A stretch of DNA of 63,662 nt, counting the filler, from Octopus bimaculoides (taxonomy: Eukaryota), in assembly GCF_001194135.2 (NCBI RefSeq). It is 5 parts of 5 records of this genome, joined end to end, with 100 filler letters (N's around TTAATTAATTAA, not from the genome) between each part and the next. Parts side by side here need not be neighbours in the genome. Positions count along the whole stretch, not along the records: positions 23,269 to 54,716 come from NC_068983.1; positions 54,817 to 57,997 come from NC_068981.1; positions 58,098 to 62,441 come from NC_068994.1; 2 more parts are not named here. One strand, written 5' to 3'. The notes under the pieces were generated by a model. It had not been told where the DNA came from. It searched no databases and saw only the letters and a list, made by a program, of their open reading frames with translations. This document shows, piece after piece, positions 49,305-61,808 of the stretch (position 1 is the stretch's first letter; each line of letters opens with the position of its first letter). Position numbers and translations under genes: made by a program.

Positions 49305-50429
49305 ATCATCAAAGATATTTGATTTAATAAGTCCTAAAGGAGAACAAAATTTAATCCAAATTACATGTTTTGAGTAGAGGTGCATCACTTCTTCTTCACT
49401 GGGACACCAACGTATGTCATAGGAATGTGCTACCTTATCCAAGAGTTTCTATGTAGAGAATATGTCTGATATAAAAACATTTCTTGAACTTCGCAGCAAT
49501 TAGAATATTCATGAGACTCATAATAAATCTTCTCATCTTTAGTCTATAGAAGTGATCTATATCTCCAGTCTTGCCACTAGAATTAAATATTTTTATTTAT
49601 TACATACAGCTGTTTATTACGGAGACATTTACATTTATCTTCTTTTGATTTTTCATATACATTTATGACACACNNNNNNNNNNNNNNNNNNNNNNNNNNN
49701 NNNNNNNNNNNNNNNNNNNNNNNNNNNNNNNNNNNNNNNNNNNNNNNNNNNNNNNNNNNNNNNNNNNNNNNNNNNNNNNNNNNNNNNNNNNNNNNNNNNN
49801 NNNNNNNNNNNNNNNNNNNNNNNNNNNNNNNNNNNNNNNNNNNNNNNNNNNNNNNNNNNNNNNNNNNNNNNNNNNNNNNNNNNNNNNNNNNNNNNNNNNN
49901 NNNNNNNNNNNNNNNNNNNNNNNNNNNNNNNNNNNNNNNNNNNNNNNNNNNNNNNNNNNNNNNNNNNNNNNNNNNNNNNNNNNNNNNNNNNNNNNNNNNN
50001 NNNNNNNNNNNNNNNNNNNNNNNNNNNNNNNNNNNNNNNNNNNNNNNNNNNNNNNNNNNNNNNNNNNNNNNNNNNNNNNNNNNNNNNNNNNNNNNNNNNN
50101 NNNNNNNNNNNNNNNNNNNNNNNNNNNNNNNNNNNNNNNNNNNNNNNNNNNNNNNNNNNNNNNNNNNNNNNNNNNNNNNNNNNNNNNNNNNNNNNNNNNN
50201 NNNNNNNNNNNNNNNNNNNNNNNNNNNNNNNNNNNNNNNNNNNNNNNNTACACATTTCAGCGTTGAGTAGAAGGTATCAGCATCCAATTGAAATCAGATT
50301 TAAACTTGAATTCAAATCTAGACGGAGCTTATATAAACAAATAAGTATGGAAATATAGTGTTATTTAACCCGACATGTTCCGTCTATTTTACTAAAACCA
50401 AAGTAGTCAACGTAATATGTTAATTGGAC

Positions 50430-50550
50430 TAAGGGAGCGATCTGCCAGAATAATTACCGTACCGGATAAAATGTTTGGAATTATTTCTTCCGGTTCGATT
50501 TCAAATTTCACCGAAATCAACTTGCTTTTCATCCCTTCAGGGTGAAAATA
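50430..50550 (+). mobile_element. Degenerate SINE-B 5' fragment
   Basis: GGAGCGATCTGCCAGAATAATT...TTCAAATTTCACCGAAATCAACTTGCTTTTCATCCC. Confidence 0.55.
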
Positions 50551-50562
50551 TAAGTTAAGAAA

Positions 50563-50780
50563 ATATTATGGCAGCATCCTTGAACAAGGAGACCGTCCAG
50601 AAGAGTTGCAGGAAATTACGAAATCATCAGGTAATTGTGGTCGAAGCCAATGGCAATTTTATTGAATAAATTTACTACTTAGTATTTCAAGATATTTTAA
50701 TGCAATTTTGGTAAATATATCTGTTAAAATGAGATGTCAGTGTTATTTTCATTTTTGCATAATTTAGACGACAATTTATT

Positions 50781-50785
<5 letters not shown>
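50563..50785 (+). mobile_element. maT/DD37D-like transposon 3' end (C-terminus, UTR, partial TIR)
   Basis: LNKETVQKSCRKLRNHQVIVVEANGNFIE*; overlaps in sequence with the minus-strand fragment at 51160. Confidence 0.7.
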
Positions 50786-50818
<33 letters not shown>

Positions 50819-50869
50819 CACACACACACACAAATATATAGATGTGTGTGTGTGTTTGTGTGTGTCTAT

Positions 50870-51145
50870 GTAGGCACAGGCATATCTGTCTGGAAAGGAG
50901 ATTGCTTTCCATCAACACGTTCCAGGCTCAGTCGTACCGCGTGACATTTTGACTTGGTATCTTCTACGATAGCCCCGGGCAAACCAAAGCCTTGTGAATG
51001 GATTTGGTAGACAAAAATAGAAAGAAGCCCGTCGTGTATATAGACAAACGGTGTTGGTGTGTTTAAGTCTTCGTAACTTGACGGTTCGGCAAATGAGCTC
51101 ATTACAAAAAGTACCAGGCTTTTTAGGAAACAGGTCCTGAGATCA
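50870..51145 (+). mobile_element. Old SINE-A
   Basis: TAGGCACAGG...CCAAAGCCTTGTGAATGGATTTGGTAGAC...GTAACTTGACGGTTCGGCAAA. Confidence 0.8.
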
Positions 51146-51159
51146 AAACATTCGGCTGA

Positions 51160-51742
51160 TATTTCTTCTGGATGGTCTCCTTATTTAAGTTGGTGAATGC
51201 TGCCATAATACTTGCCTTTAGTTTATCTTTGATATTACAAGCAGTGTTGGTCTCTCGTTCAACTGCGTCTCACACATAATAATCAAGGAGGTAGCGGTCT
51301 GGGGAGTTAGGTGGCCAGATGTTAGGGGTGATGTGGTCGCAGAAATTGTCTGACAGCCATGACTTGGTTCTCCTGCTTGTGTGGCATGGTGCAGAATCCA
51401 GTTGCCAGACATAGGGTCTTCCAGCAGCCACTTTCTTCATCCAGGGCAGCACTACGTCCTCCAGGCACTTGATGTAGGCCTCCGTGTTGAGTCTGAGACA
51501 GTGTGGGAAGACGAATAGAGGTATAACATCGCCATCACTAGTGATCACTCCAAACACCATTATGTTGACTAGATGTTTGATTTTATCTCTCTTGGTACAT
51601 GTCTTCAGATTGCACTGTCCTCGGATTGATACCCAATCGTTCCAAAATATTCGTATTGGAGCTTCCGGCGTGAATACCGAGCAATACAGCATGTCGTTTC
51701 CAAATTTCTGGCAGATTGAATTGCATCATGGTCGTATTTTTC
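51160..51742 (-). mobile_element. maT/DD37D-like Tc1/mariner transposase relic, internally deleted
   Basis: IWKRHAVLLGIHAG (HTH); IMVFGVITSDG...YIKCLEDVVLPW...YVWQLDSAPCHTS...WPPNSPD..LLDYYV. Confidence 0.88.
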
Positions 51743-51744
51743 TC

Positions 51745-51840
51745 ACAGACAGTTGCCCAAGGTGCCACGCAGTGGGATTGAACCCGAAACCCCGTGGTTC
51801 ATAAGAAAGCTACTTACCACACACCCACTCCAGCGCCTAT
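51745..51840 (-). mobile_element. SINE-A 5' head
   Basis: Minus strand ATAGGCGCTGGAGTGGGTGTGTGGTAAGTAGC...CACCTTGGGCAACTG. Confidence 0.85.
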
Positions 51841-52094
51841 ATATATATATATATATATATNNNNNNNNNNNNNNNNNNNNNNNNNNNNNNNNNNNNNNNN
51901 NNNNNNNNNNNNNNNNNNNNNNNNNNNNNNNNNNNNNNNNNNNNNNNNNNNNNNNNNNNNNNNNNNNNNNNNNNNNNNNNNNNNNNNNNNNNNNNNNNNN
52001 NNNNNNNNNNNNNNNNNNNNNNNNNNNNNNNNNNNNNNNNNNNNNNNNNNNNNNNNNNNNNNNNNNNNNNNNNNNNNNNNNNNNNNNNNNNNNN

Positions 52095-52136
<42 letters not shown>

Positions 52137-53019
52137 TGTACATGTTTACATACGTACTTACGTATACAGAGGAAGGATGTTCCGACTTTTAGATTAATTA
52201 CATGGTTACAATAAACTAAAGAACACCTCAAACCTATATCTAAAATGTAATAAAGGTGAATAATCTGTGATATTCAGACCATTATGATTTTGAATTTCTT
52301 GTAATGACAGTGTAAGATTCAAATGTTTCTATAAAGAGAATGTTTGATGTAAATTTAAATTGTAATGTAAATTTGTAATTCATTTTTAACTTCGCTTTGT
52401 CAGTTTATCAATTCATTCTACCTTGCAGTATATCTTCTCTGAATTATATAATGGCACATTTTATCTGTTATTTGTCATATACACAAGTTTATCTACATTT
52501 ATCTATATCCATCTACATTTATTTTACATTTATCACGCCTTCGTTTTTCTTGAATGGGAAATACCATCGAAAGTGTTGTAGCAGAGTAATTTAAGCAGAG
52601 AGGATTCAAATAAGAATTGTAGGCCTAAGTCCTGAATTAATCCAGCAACGATACAAGGTATTAAATAATTTTATCTATTAGAATTGTTTATTGGATTGCT
52701 TTGGCACATTGAAATTTTACTACGAAATTTTTCCTTTAAAACAAATAGGTGCAGACCCTAAAACCATGAATTAACTTCTCTAAATGAAGTCCCCATAGAC
52801 AAATATCGAACGGTGGTCAAAAGGTGAGTTATACCAAAATAAAAAAAGATCATAGGATCGAAGAAATACAAGTATAATTTCACATTAATCGTTACTGTGA
52901 TAGATATATCTATGATAGGAAGAATGTTACGAATAAATACAACTCAACAAATAAGAAGACCCTTGCCAAAGTATATTGCAATCTCAAGAATTATCATCTG
53001 TTTTCCATTTTTTTTTACG

Positions 53020-53332
53020 GGATGGCTGTGTGGTAAGTAGCTTGCTTACCAACCACATGGTTCCGGGTTCAGTCCCACTGCGTGGCACCTTGAGCAAGTG
53101 TCTTCTACTATAGCCTCGGGCCGACCAAAGCCTTGTGAGTGGATTTGGTAGACGGAAACTGAAAGAAGCCCGTCGTATATATGTATATGTATGTATATGT
53201 ATGTGTGTGTATATGTCTGTGTGTCTGTGATTGTCCCCCCAACATCGCTTAACAACCGATGGTGGTGTGTTTACGTCCCCGTAACTTAGCGGTTCGGCAA
53301 AAGAGACCGATAGAATAAGTTCTAGGCTTCCA
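53020..53332 (+). mobile_element. SINE-A, young, cut by a gap
   Basis: Near-consensus head and body. Confidence 0.92.
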
Positions 53333-53889
53333 NNNNNNNNNNNNNNNNNNNNNNNNNNNNNNNNNNNNNNNNNNNNNNNNNNNNNNNNNNNNNNNNNNNN
53401 NNNNNNNNNNNNNNNNNNNNNNNNNNNNNNNNNNNNNNNNNNNNNNNNNNNNNNNNNNNNNNNNNNNNNNNNNNNNNNNNNNNNNNNNNNNNNNNNNNNN
53501 NNNNNNNNNNNNNNNNNNNNNNNNNNNNNNNNNNNNNNNNNNNNNNNNNNNNNNNNNNNNNNNNNNNNNNNNNNNNNNNNNNNNNNNNNNNNNNNNNNNN
53601 NNNNNNNNNNNNNNNNNNNNNNNNNNNNNNGGAGGGAGGGAGAGTGAGACACAGAGAGAGAGAGAGAGTTTGGCGTGTATGGGAGATAACTTTGAAGTGC
53701 AGTATTTGAAGTTAACGTAAAGTGCATTCCAGGTGTTGAAGCTACAACAGTGGAAATACCTTAAACAAAAGCTGCATAGACTCTAAACTAGATGAAGAAA
53801 CTGGATGTAAATTTAAATCACATTGCGAAATATCCATGTAGCACAAACATATGTTGGACAGAAAAGAGAAGGTGGGTAAGAGTGAAGAG

Positions 53890-54350
53890 AAGAAGTAGGC
53901 GTCGGCGGAAGAGAGGAGAGGGGGGAGTTAGATGAAAAGAGGAGGGGAGCTGTGCCACGTGGCACAAAGGAATGAAGTGAAGATTAATTCCTATTCACGG
54001 CGAAGGCAGGAGTCCAGATTGCCTCTGTGCAAAGACAATCCAAACACAGACAGATGTTATAGTTAATGACCGGTAGAGCGGAAATGGCGCGAGACCGGAG
54101 TGTCATTGCCGAGTTTGATGTCTCGGAGGTGCTTGGTGAACCGGTCAGCCAAACAGGATCCCGTTTGACCAATGTACAGAGAAGGGCAGAAAGAGCAGGG
54201 CATGCAGTAAATGACGTTGCTAGACGTGCAGGTAAAGGAGTAGGTGATATGATAGTGCGGCAGCGTGTTCAGGAGCAGGGAAACGAGCCAGGTTGGGAGG
54301 TGGGGTTAGGGAAGAAACTGTTGACCAGGAGGTCACACAGGTTGTGGGCA
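53890..54350 (-). mobile_element. Penelope-like GIY-YIG fragment (same family as 30320-30960)
   Basis: AHNLCDLLVNSFFPNPTSQPGSFPC; SFTCTSSNVIYCMPCSFCPSLYIGQTGSCLADRFTKHLRDI...SPPLFI*. Confidence 0.9.
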
Positions 54351-54385
54351 TATACACATGTATGTATGTATACACACACACACGT

Positions 54386-54655
54386 GAAAGCGCGTGGACT
54401 AGTGGTTAGACTGTCGCACTCACGATCGCTAGATCATGAGTTCTATTCCAAGACCGTGCGGCGCGTTGTGTTCTTGAGCAAAAGATTTCATTTCACGTTG
54501 CTCTAGCCCCCTTTCGATCAGTGGGGAGTGTTGGCTTGCTCACCAAGCCAGCGGTGTGGCGTCATTTGAAGGCTAAAACAACGCAAAGGCACATTATGAC
54601 CAGCGATGTGTAACAACATCTGATAGCCTGGTCGGCCACGTGATCACGTGATATA
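54386..54655 (+). mobile_element. SINE-F, tRNA-derived (head related to SINE-D)
   Basis: GAAAGCGCGTGGACTAGTGGTTAGA (A box), GAGTTCTATTCC (B-like), TTTCACGTTGCTCTAG; ends CACGTGATCACGTGATA. Confidence 0.75.
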
Positions 54656-54666
54656 TTTATATGTGA

Positions 54667-54716
<50 letters not shown>

Positions 54717-55696
54717 NNNNNNNNNNNNNNNNNNNNNNNNNNNNNNNNNNNNNNNNNNNNTTAATTAATTAANNNNNNNNNNNNNNNNNNNNNNNNNNNN
54801 NNNNNNNNNNNNNNNNACGCATCTTCACCAAATAATATATCTGATAGTGAACGACTAAGAATTCTATATTTTTAGTGTTGATAAAAATAGGGAATTCTAA
54901 TGCGCGTAGCCATCACAAAGACATTAGTAGAGTAATAAATATGAATTTGCATCAACTGAAACCAGAGTGCTTGTCGGTCTTCGTTCAGTAATCGAAGACT
55001 CAAACATCCTCGTTTCAATATCATTCGTTCCTAACACTTGTTTACATAGAAAGATGTAAGTATAGTTGGTTAAAATAGTTGACTAAATTGATACTAATAT
55101 ATTGTGAATATGGCTCCCTTCACCGATATTATTATTCCGCCACATTTCAGCCTTCCATTCCAGCTGTGATTATTTCATCTTTTGGGAGGTATTCAAAACT
55201 ACGTTAACCATTGTGTCCTTCTCTCATGACACAGTATGATGTAATTTCAAAGGTGATTGGATACTATTTCTGGCTCTTCAAGAAACTACGAAGAAGCGTG
55301 ATAGTGAATTCTTGGTATCACACAGGTACCACAAAAGCTTTCATTACTTTTAGGGTTAAGATCTACGTATCTTGAAAGAAAATCAGCCTTGCGTAACCTC
55401 TTTCTCCCGACAAGAAGATTTCACCCCATTTGTCCCGACTAGCGGAGTCAAAAACTGAGATTCTCTGAGATAATTATTTTCAGTAAAGTAGGCTGAGATA
55501 TTTGAGGGTCAAGTTCCTTAACAAATGATAGTGCGTTGCTGGACATAAGGTACGACCGCTGGTCTATCGGTCAGTTGTTGATCGGTACGCTTTCCGCTTG
55601 GCGTCTGCACTGTAATTAGAATATTACATTTTTAATCCTTATTTTATCAATCCTGAATTTAGTTTGCCTTTCTTCAGTTCCTTCATTATGAGAGAA

Positions 55697-55835
55697 AGCA
55701 TGGCTTAGTGTTAAAGATATTTGCTTCGAAACTGCAACGTTTCGGGTTCGATCTCATTGCGAAACAGCTTGAGCAAGTGTCGAGTTGATCTCTCTTGTAA
55801 GTGACATTTGGCTGTCAGAAATTCTGATCGGAAGC
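55697..55835 (+). mobile_element. Old SINE-A-like head
   Basis: GCATGGCTTAGTGTTAAAG...GGGTTCGATCTC...CTTGAGCAAGTGTC. Confidence 0.6.
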
Positions 55836-56814
55836 CATCGGAATAAACTCATTGAGGTTCGGTTTAATCTGTCAACTACTTTTAATTCTGTTTACATGGC
55901 CTTGTCGATGACTTTGGCAGTGTCCTGTCTGTTGCAATCATCCAGACCAACTTTTTGGTCTAAAGATAACTGCTCCCTTTCTCTCACCAGTTTCTAAAGC
56001 CTAGAAAAGGTTCACCGGAGCTGCCCTTCTTCTTCTGATTAAACTGTTAAAAAGAAATCTCATGTACCTATAACAAAGCATTTCTAATTACACTAGAATT
56101 GATTAAGTCGAATATTCCTGATTTCGATTCTAGGATAGGATTACACGTTCTATTTTTGAACGAGGTACTTCATTTCGTGTTGCTCTAACTGACAAAATGA
56201 CTCCACCGGCTACTGAGTGGTACTTTGAGGACAGATAGGCCCAAATCTTACAAACAAAAGGCATCAATGACATGTGATGGTTACAGCACAGTGGATGGTG
56301 ATGTTAATGACAGAGATGCTTCCGATCTTGTCTATTCAGGATAATCCCCGCCTCCGTACACAGATATAGTTTGATACTTGCATCTATTCACACATCCGTT
56401 TCTCCATTCTTAATTCGCCTCTCCATATAACAGGATTCCTTCTTGGTTTCGAGCCCTTTGTCTTCTTTTTCACTATTGACTATTTCTCTTTCTCTGAGTG
56501 AGTGTATGTGTGTGTGTGTGTGTGAGCTTACATATGTGCCTACATGTGTAAACATGTACATTTATCTTTGTCTATATGTGTATATAAATGTATGAGAGTA
56601 TTCTGTATGTGTGTATATATGCGTGTATGTGTGAGTGTGTGTGTGTCTACATATGTGTAAGTATGTATATTTATGTTTGTCTATATGTGTATATAAATGT
56701 ACACAAGTGAGAGTACGTGTGTGTATATGTGTGTGTGTGCGCGCGCACATGCGTGCATGTGTGTGTATGCGTGTGTGGATATGTGTGTGATTGCGTATAT
56801 TTTCACTACTAACA

Positions 56815-56950
56815 CAACTACCGCCACCGCCACAACCGCCACCAGACCACCACCACTACAACCATCACCGCCTCTACTATCGCTCTCACCACCACGGCCA
56901 CTACTACTACTACTATCACCACTACTACCACCACCACCGCCGCCGCCACC
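56815..56950. repeat. (ACC/GCC/ACT)n compound trinucleotide repeat
   Basis: Read directly from the sequence. Confidence 0.9.
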
Positions 56951-57165
56951 ATTTTTGTCTAGAGAAATGTCTTTATTCCTGTTCTTTTATCGCTCACTGC
57001 CATGTTTAGTTTCCGCGACCAACACACAAACACCCATTAGCACCGATAAAACAAACCGATTCACAAACACATTCAAGAATACGTCCACATATTAATGATA
57101 CACACACACACACATACAGTGGAAACGCACTAACGAATGCATGTAGTCATATATTCAATGTATAC

Positions 57166-57200
<35 letters not shown>

Positions 57201-57567
57201 GATACATACATACACACATACGTACATACATACATACACAAAGACATGTAATCACATACATATTGAGAGACGAACAGACATACGCTCTCGACACAGACAC
57301 ACACACACACACACACACGCATAGACAGGAAAGCAAGCATACTCTGCCTATGTTCGTGGATGCATACATACATGCGTACATGCGTACATACATACAAACA
57401 TACATACATACATACATAAATGCATATATATACACGTTCGCAAACAGAGATAAATACACACACACCCACACACACACACGCGCGCACAGAGAGTCACACA
57501 TACATATATATTCAATCAGGCAGAACCTACACGCACACGTACGTGTGTGTGTGTGTGTGTATGTGTG

Positions 57568-57648
<81 letters not shown>

Positions 57649-57663
57649 NNNNNNNNNNNGTGT

Positions 57664-57703
<40 letters not shown>

Positions 57704-58232
57704 ACACAAACAGCCATACCCACAAACGCGCTCGCGGATGCAAACTTACATCTACATACACAAATGTATACATGCTCATTTCACGTACACATATAGTCGC
57801 ATTACCTCATACGTACCTCCTACTCTCACACACACAAGCATACACATACATACATCCCCATATATACACATCCTCAGACGCCCCCCATACCATCTCTTTC
57901 TCTCCCACAGCATCCTTTGACCAATACAAAATCAAACTCTTATCCCAATGTTCATCGTTCTACTAGTATCATGGTACGCTGGGAGTTTTTGCTTTGTNNN
58001 NNNNNNNNNNNNNNNNNNNNNNNNNNNNNNNNNNNNNNNNNTTAATTAATTAANNNNNNNNNNNNNNNNNNNNNNNNNNNNNNNNNNNNNNNNNNNNCTG
58101 TCTGTGTTTGTTCACAAAATGAAAATAAATAAAGAAGAAAAAAAGTTTTGGTTTTGCTTTGTTTGTGATATGTGTTTTCGTATGCGTGAGTGTGTCCTGT
58201 GATTTTCACGTAGTTGTGTAAACATTAAGATG

Positions 58233-58233
<1 letters not shown>

Positions 58234-58296
<63 letters not shown>
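58234..58296. repeat. (ATT)n target microsatellite at the Dong 3' junction
   Basis: Perfect repeat abutting the element end at 58297. Confidence 0.97.
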
Positions 58297-61200
58297 GTCT
58301 TTGCACGGCTTCTAACGCTGGAGATGTACTACAGTGTCAGCTGTTCACTACCAGTGAACTAAGGTAAAAATTCTTATTTTTCGAGCACCTTCCAGAGTAT
58401 TCGAGCAGTTCCAAGCACTGCTGTTTTCTGCAAGTGCTCCACTCTTATTGCAGCCCCTATTTGTTCCACGTACTTCTCGAGATCTGTGCTCACTGTTCCC
58501 AGGGCTCCGACAATTATTGGTACTACTGCTACCTTTTTCATCAATCACAATTGCTCAACTTCCCAAGCTCTCGACTTTTATTTCTTCTTTATCGCATATC
58601 TTGTTGTCAGTTGGGCATGCTACATTTATGATCTAGCATAGTTTGTTTTCTTTCTCAATTAAGACTACGTCTGGCTTCTTCTTCGCTATCTCATGGTCGC
58701 ACTGAATCATAAAATCCCATAGGACCTTTGCATTTCTATTTTCGACAATGCCTTCAGGTTTGTGGTCGTACCAATTTTTTTACTCTGTCAAGTCTATACT
58801 TGTTGCAAAGTGCCCAATGGACAAGTCTGGCTATATTGTCGTGGCGTCTCTTATATTCCTTCTGGGTTAGTGGTGTACGCTTATCACTTTCTGATGTATT
58901 GTCTATTCTGTATTTTATGTAGTTTGTTCTTAGTGCTTGCTCTTGGGCAGAACAGATTAGAGCCTCCGTTTCCGGTGTTAAATCGCTTTTAGTCATCGAC
59001 AGTCATATTTTTTCTCTGTCTGTCTTATCTTCAACATCCCTATGAAATTGACCATGCATTCTTTTCCTTACCCACCTATTTTCAGTTTCATTCGTTTTCA
59101 ATTCTTGTAGTGCTTTATCTTTGCAATCTTTCATCCTACACAAGCCTGACCTTCTTACTTCTAATAATAGCGGTTCTGTAGCATTTTTTACATACCATGC
59201 TATGTTGTTTTCTTCTGCTCTAATGCTGTGTTTGCATCTAATAAGTCCTCTTCCCCTTCTTTTTCTTGGTACATACAGTCTGTGTCACTTTTTGGGTAGA
59301 GTGACCCAACTTCTTTGTCTTTCTGTCTAAGCTATTTAGTTCGTCTACTGTCCATGCAATTACCCCTGCTCCATATCTAAGGAGTGAAACCGCCCAGGTG
59401 TTGATAGCTTCAATTTTATTCCTTCTGTTTAAATTCGACTTAAGAATCAGTCTCAGTCTGCGTAAGTACTCCACCTTAAATTTTTCTGTCATTTCTTTCT
59501 CCATCAATTTATCCATTTCCAAAATCCCCAAGTATTTATAGCCCGTCTCTTCTATCTGCTTCATAACCTCTCCCGACGATATCTTTAGACCGTCCATACA
59601 TTTGATTTTGCCTCTCTTCAATACTAACACACCACACTTTCTCAGTCCGAACTCCGTTCTGATATCAGCACTGAAAGTATATACTGTATCAACGAGGGAA
59701 TTCACTTGGGCTTCATCTTTACCATAAAGTTTGAGGTCATCCATGAATAGCAAATGGTTGACTTTTTGTTGGCGGCTTTTGAATACATACCCAGCTTTTG
59801 CTTTCCTCAGAATCAGTGTCAGTGGTATCAAGCACAGTACAAAGATCATTGGGGACAGGCAGTCCCCTTGGAAGATGCTCCTCCTAATTTCTACTGTCCC
59901 TAAACTTCTTCCGTATGCTGTCAGGTCCGTCCTCCAATTCGCCATACTTTTTCCAAGCAATCGCTCAACATTCGATGCAATACCAAATAGGTTCATGCAC
60001 TCCATAATCCAAGAATGTGGGATCATATAGTACGCCTTACGATAGTCGATCCATGACATGGCTAAGTTACTTTTCCTCCTCTTGCAGTCTCTAAATACAG
60101 TTTTGTCAATCAGAAGTTGATCTTTGGTACCTTCTGCTCATGTGGCAGGAATCCATTTTTTTCCAGATGTTCGTACATTGACTCTGTGAGTATTCCAGTC
60201 AATAACTTCCACATAAGTAGCAAACAGGATATCGGCCTGTAATTGTCAACCGTATTGCCTTTTTCGATGTTTTTCAAGCACAGCACTGTCATACCCAATG
60301 TCAACCACTCTGGTGTTGCTTGGTCGGCATTTAACAAAGAGTTGAGTTGCGCGGCTATTCGTGCATGACATTCACCAAATCTTTTGATCCAGTAGCCTTG
60401 AACTCCATCTGGTCCCGGGACCTTCCAGTTGCTAATTTTTTTGCTGATTTCCTTCACTTCCCTAACTGAAATGACTAGTTCTGCCTGTTTTAGACAGACT
60501 ACTGTTTATTTCAGTTCTTTCAACAATTCAGCATCCTTCTTGTGCTCCTTGTCTTTGCTCCAGATGTCACTCCAAAACCTTTGACTTCCAATGTTATTTG
60601 GTATCAACTTTTCATCTGTACACCCTTCATTTATTTCCTTATAGAATCTCTTCTGATCTACTTTGAATAACCTATTCTGGTGGTAACCCTTCATTGTTTG
60701 GTCGTATCTTACCATCTTTGCTTTATTTGCAACGAGGCGCTATTTCAGTTCCCCCATTACTACTTTCATGTCCTTTCTTTCAATATTATACTTCCTTTTC
60801 AGCGCCCTGTATTTTTGCTGACTTTTTAGCTCCCCATTTTCTTTTCGGTCTAACACAGAGATTTCCTTCGAGAGCATGTCTAACACTGCCTGGATTCTTC
60901 TTTTCCACCATGGATCTTTTCTTTTGTCACTCCCATTATGTTTCTTTTTCTTGACATCAACACCCACGTTTTCTGCTACAACAATACTTGTTGCCTTGAT
61001 CAAATTATTTGTTTCTGTGATGTTGTTTGTTCTGATGTATTTCAGAATTTCATTGACATTTTTCATTTCTTGGTTCAATTTCCATCGATCAACCTTTTTA
61101 AGGTTGCAAATAATGTCTCTATCGTTCTCCTGTAGTCTTACCTTTATTCTGTCGTAGATTGCCTTTTATTTATCCATCATGTCACCATTAGTTTTATTGT

Positions 61201-61750
61201 CTTCTTTTATATCATCTATATGTCTCTCATCAAGTAAACTACCATTGCTCCTTTCCTGTGCTATGAGATTACTCTTATTAGTAAGAACTGTATTTTCATT
61301 GTTATCTCTGTTGCTATTTTCCATTACCCGTCTTGTGATAACTTCGAGCTCTACTTCTGTGAACCAACATTTTTTCTTATTGCTCTAGCTTGATCACATT
61401 GTCTCTGTTCCGTAAGTCGAAACAATTCCTTTTCTCTCCAATGATCATACATACGTTGTAGGTAACCACTAATCTGAGCACCATTTTCATCTACCAGGCT
61501 GCTCAGGTAGTAACACTCCTTGACCACAGCATTCATTTGCTTGCTCCATCTACGCCGTGTATGGTGGTCCCTTTGTGGATATCGACAGGCTGGAGCCGGA
61601 CCAGAATCTCTGAGCCTACCGGGTGTAACACTGTCATCATCATTGGCTTCAGTTTCATCACCACCGTTATTCACAATATTTTGTTTTTTCATTGTCACTC
61701 ATGAGGTAGCGATCAAGTTGCGCAATTACCAGTGTTTTTTTATGTGACAC

Positions 61751-61751
<1 letters not shown>
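58297..61751 (-). mobile_element. Near full-length R4/Dong-clade RLE retrotransposon (frameshifted)
   Basis: N-terminal RRRWSKQMNAVVKECYY; WKVPGPDGVQGYW; NYRPISCL; WIDYRKAY; QGDCLSP; LFMDDLKLY; KYLG; RHDNIARLVHW; KPDVV; ARILWKVLEK* (stop 58374-58376); (TAA)n on both sides. Confidence 0.96.

Positions 61752-61808
<57 letters not shown>
61752..61808. repeat. (ATT)n microsatellite
   Basis: Perfect repeat. Confidence 0.97.
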
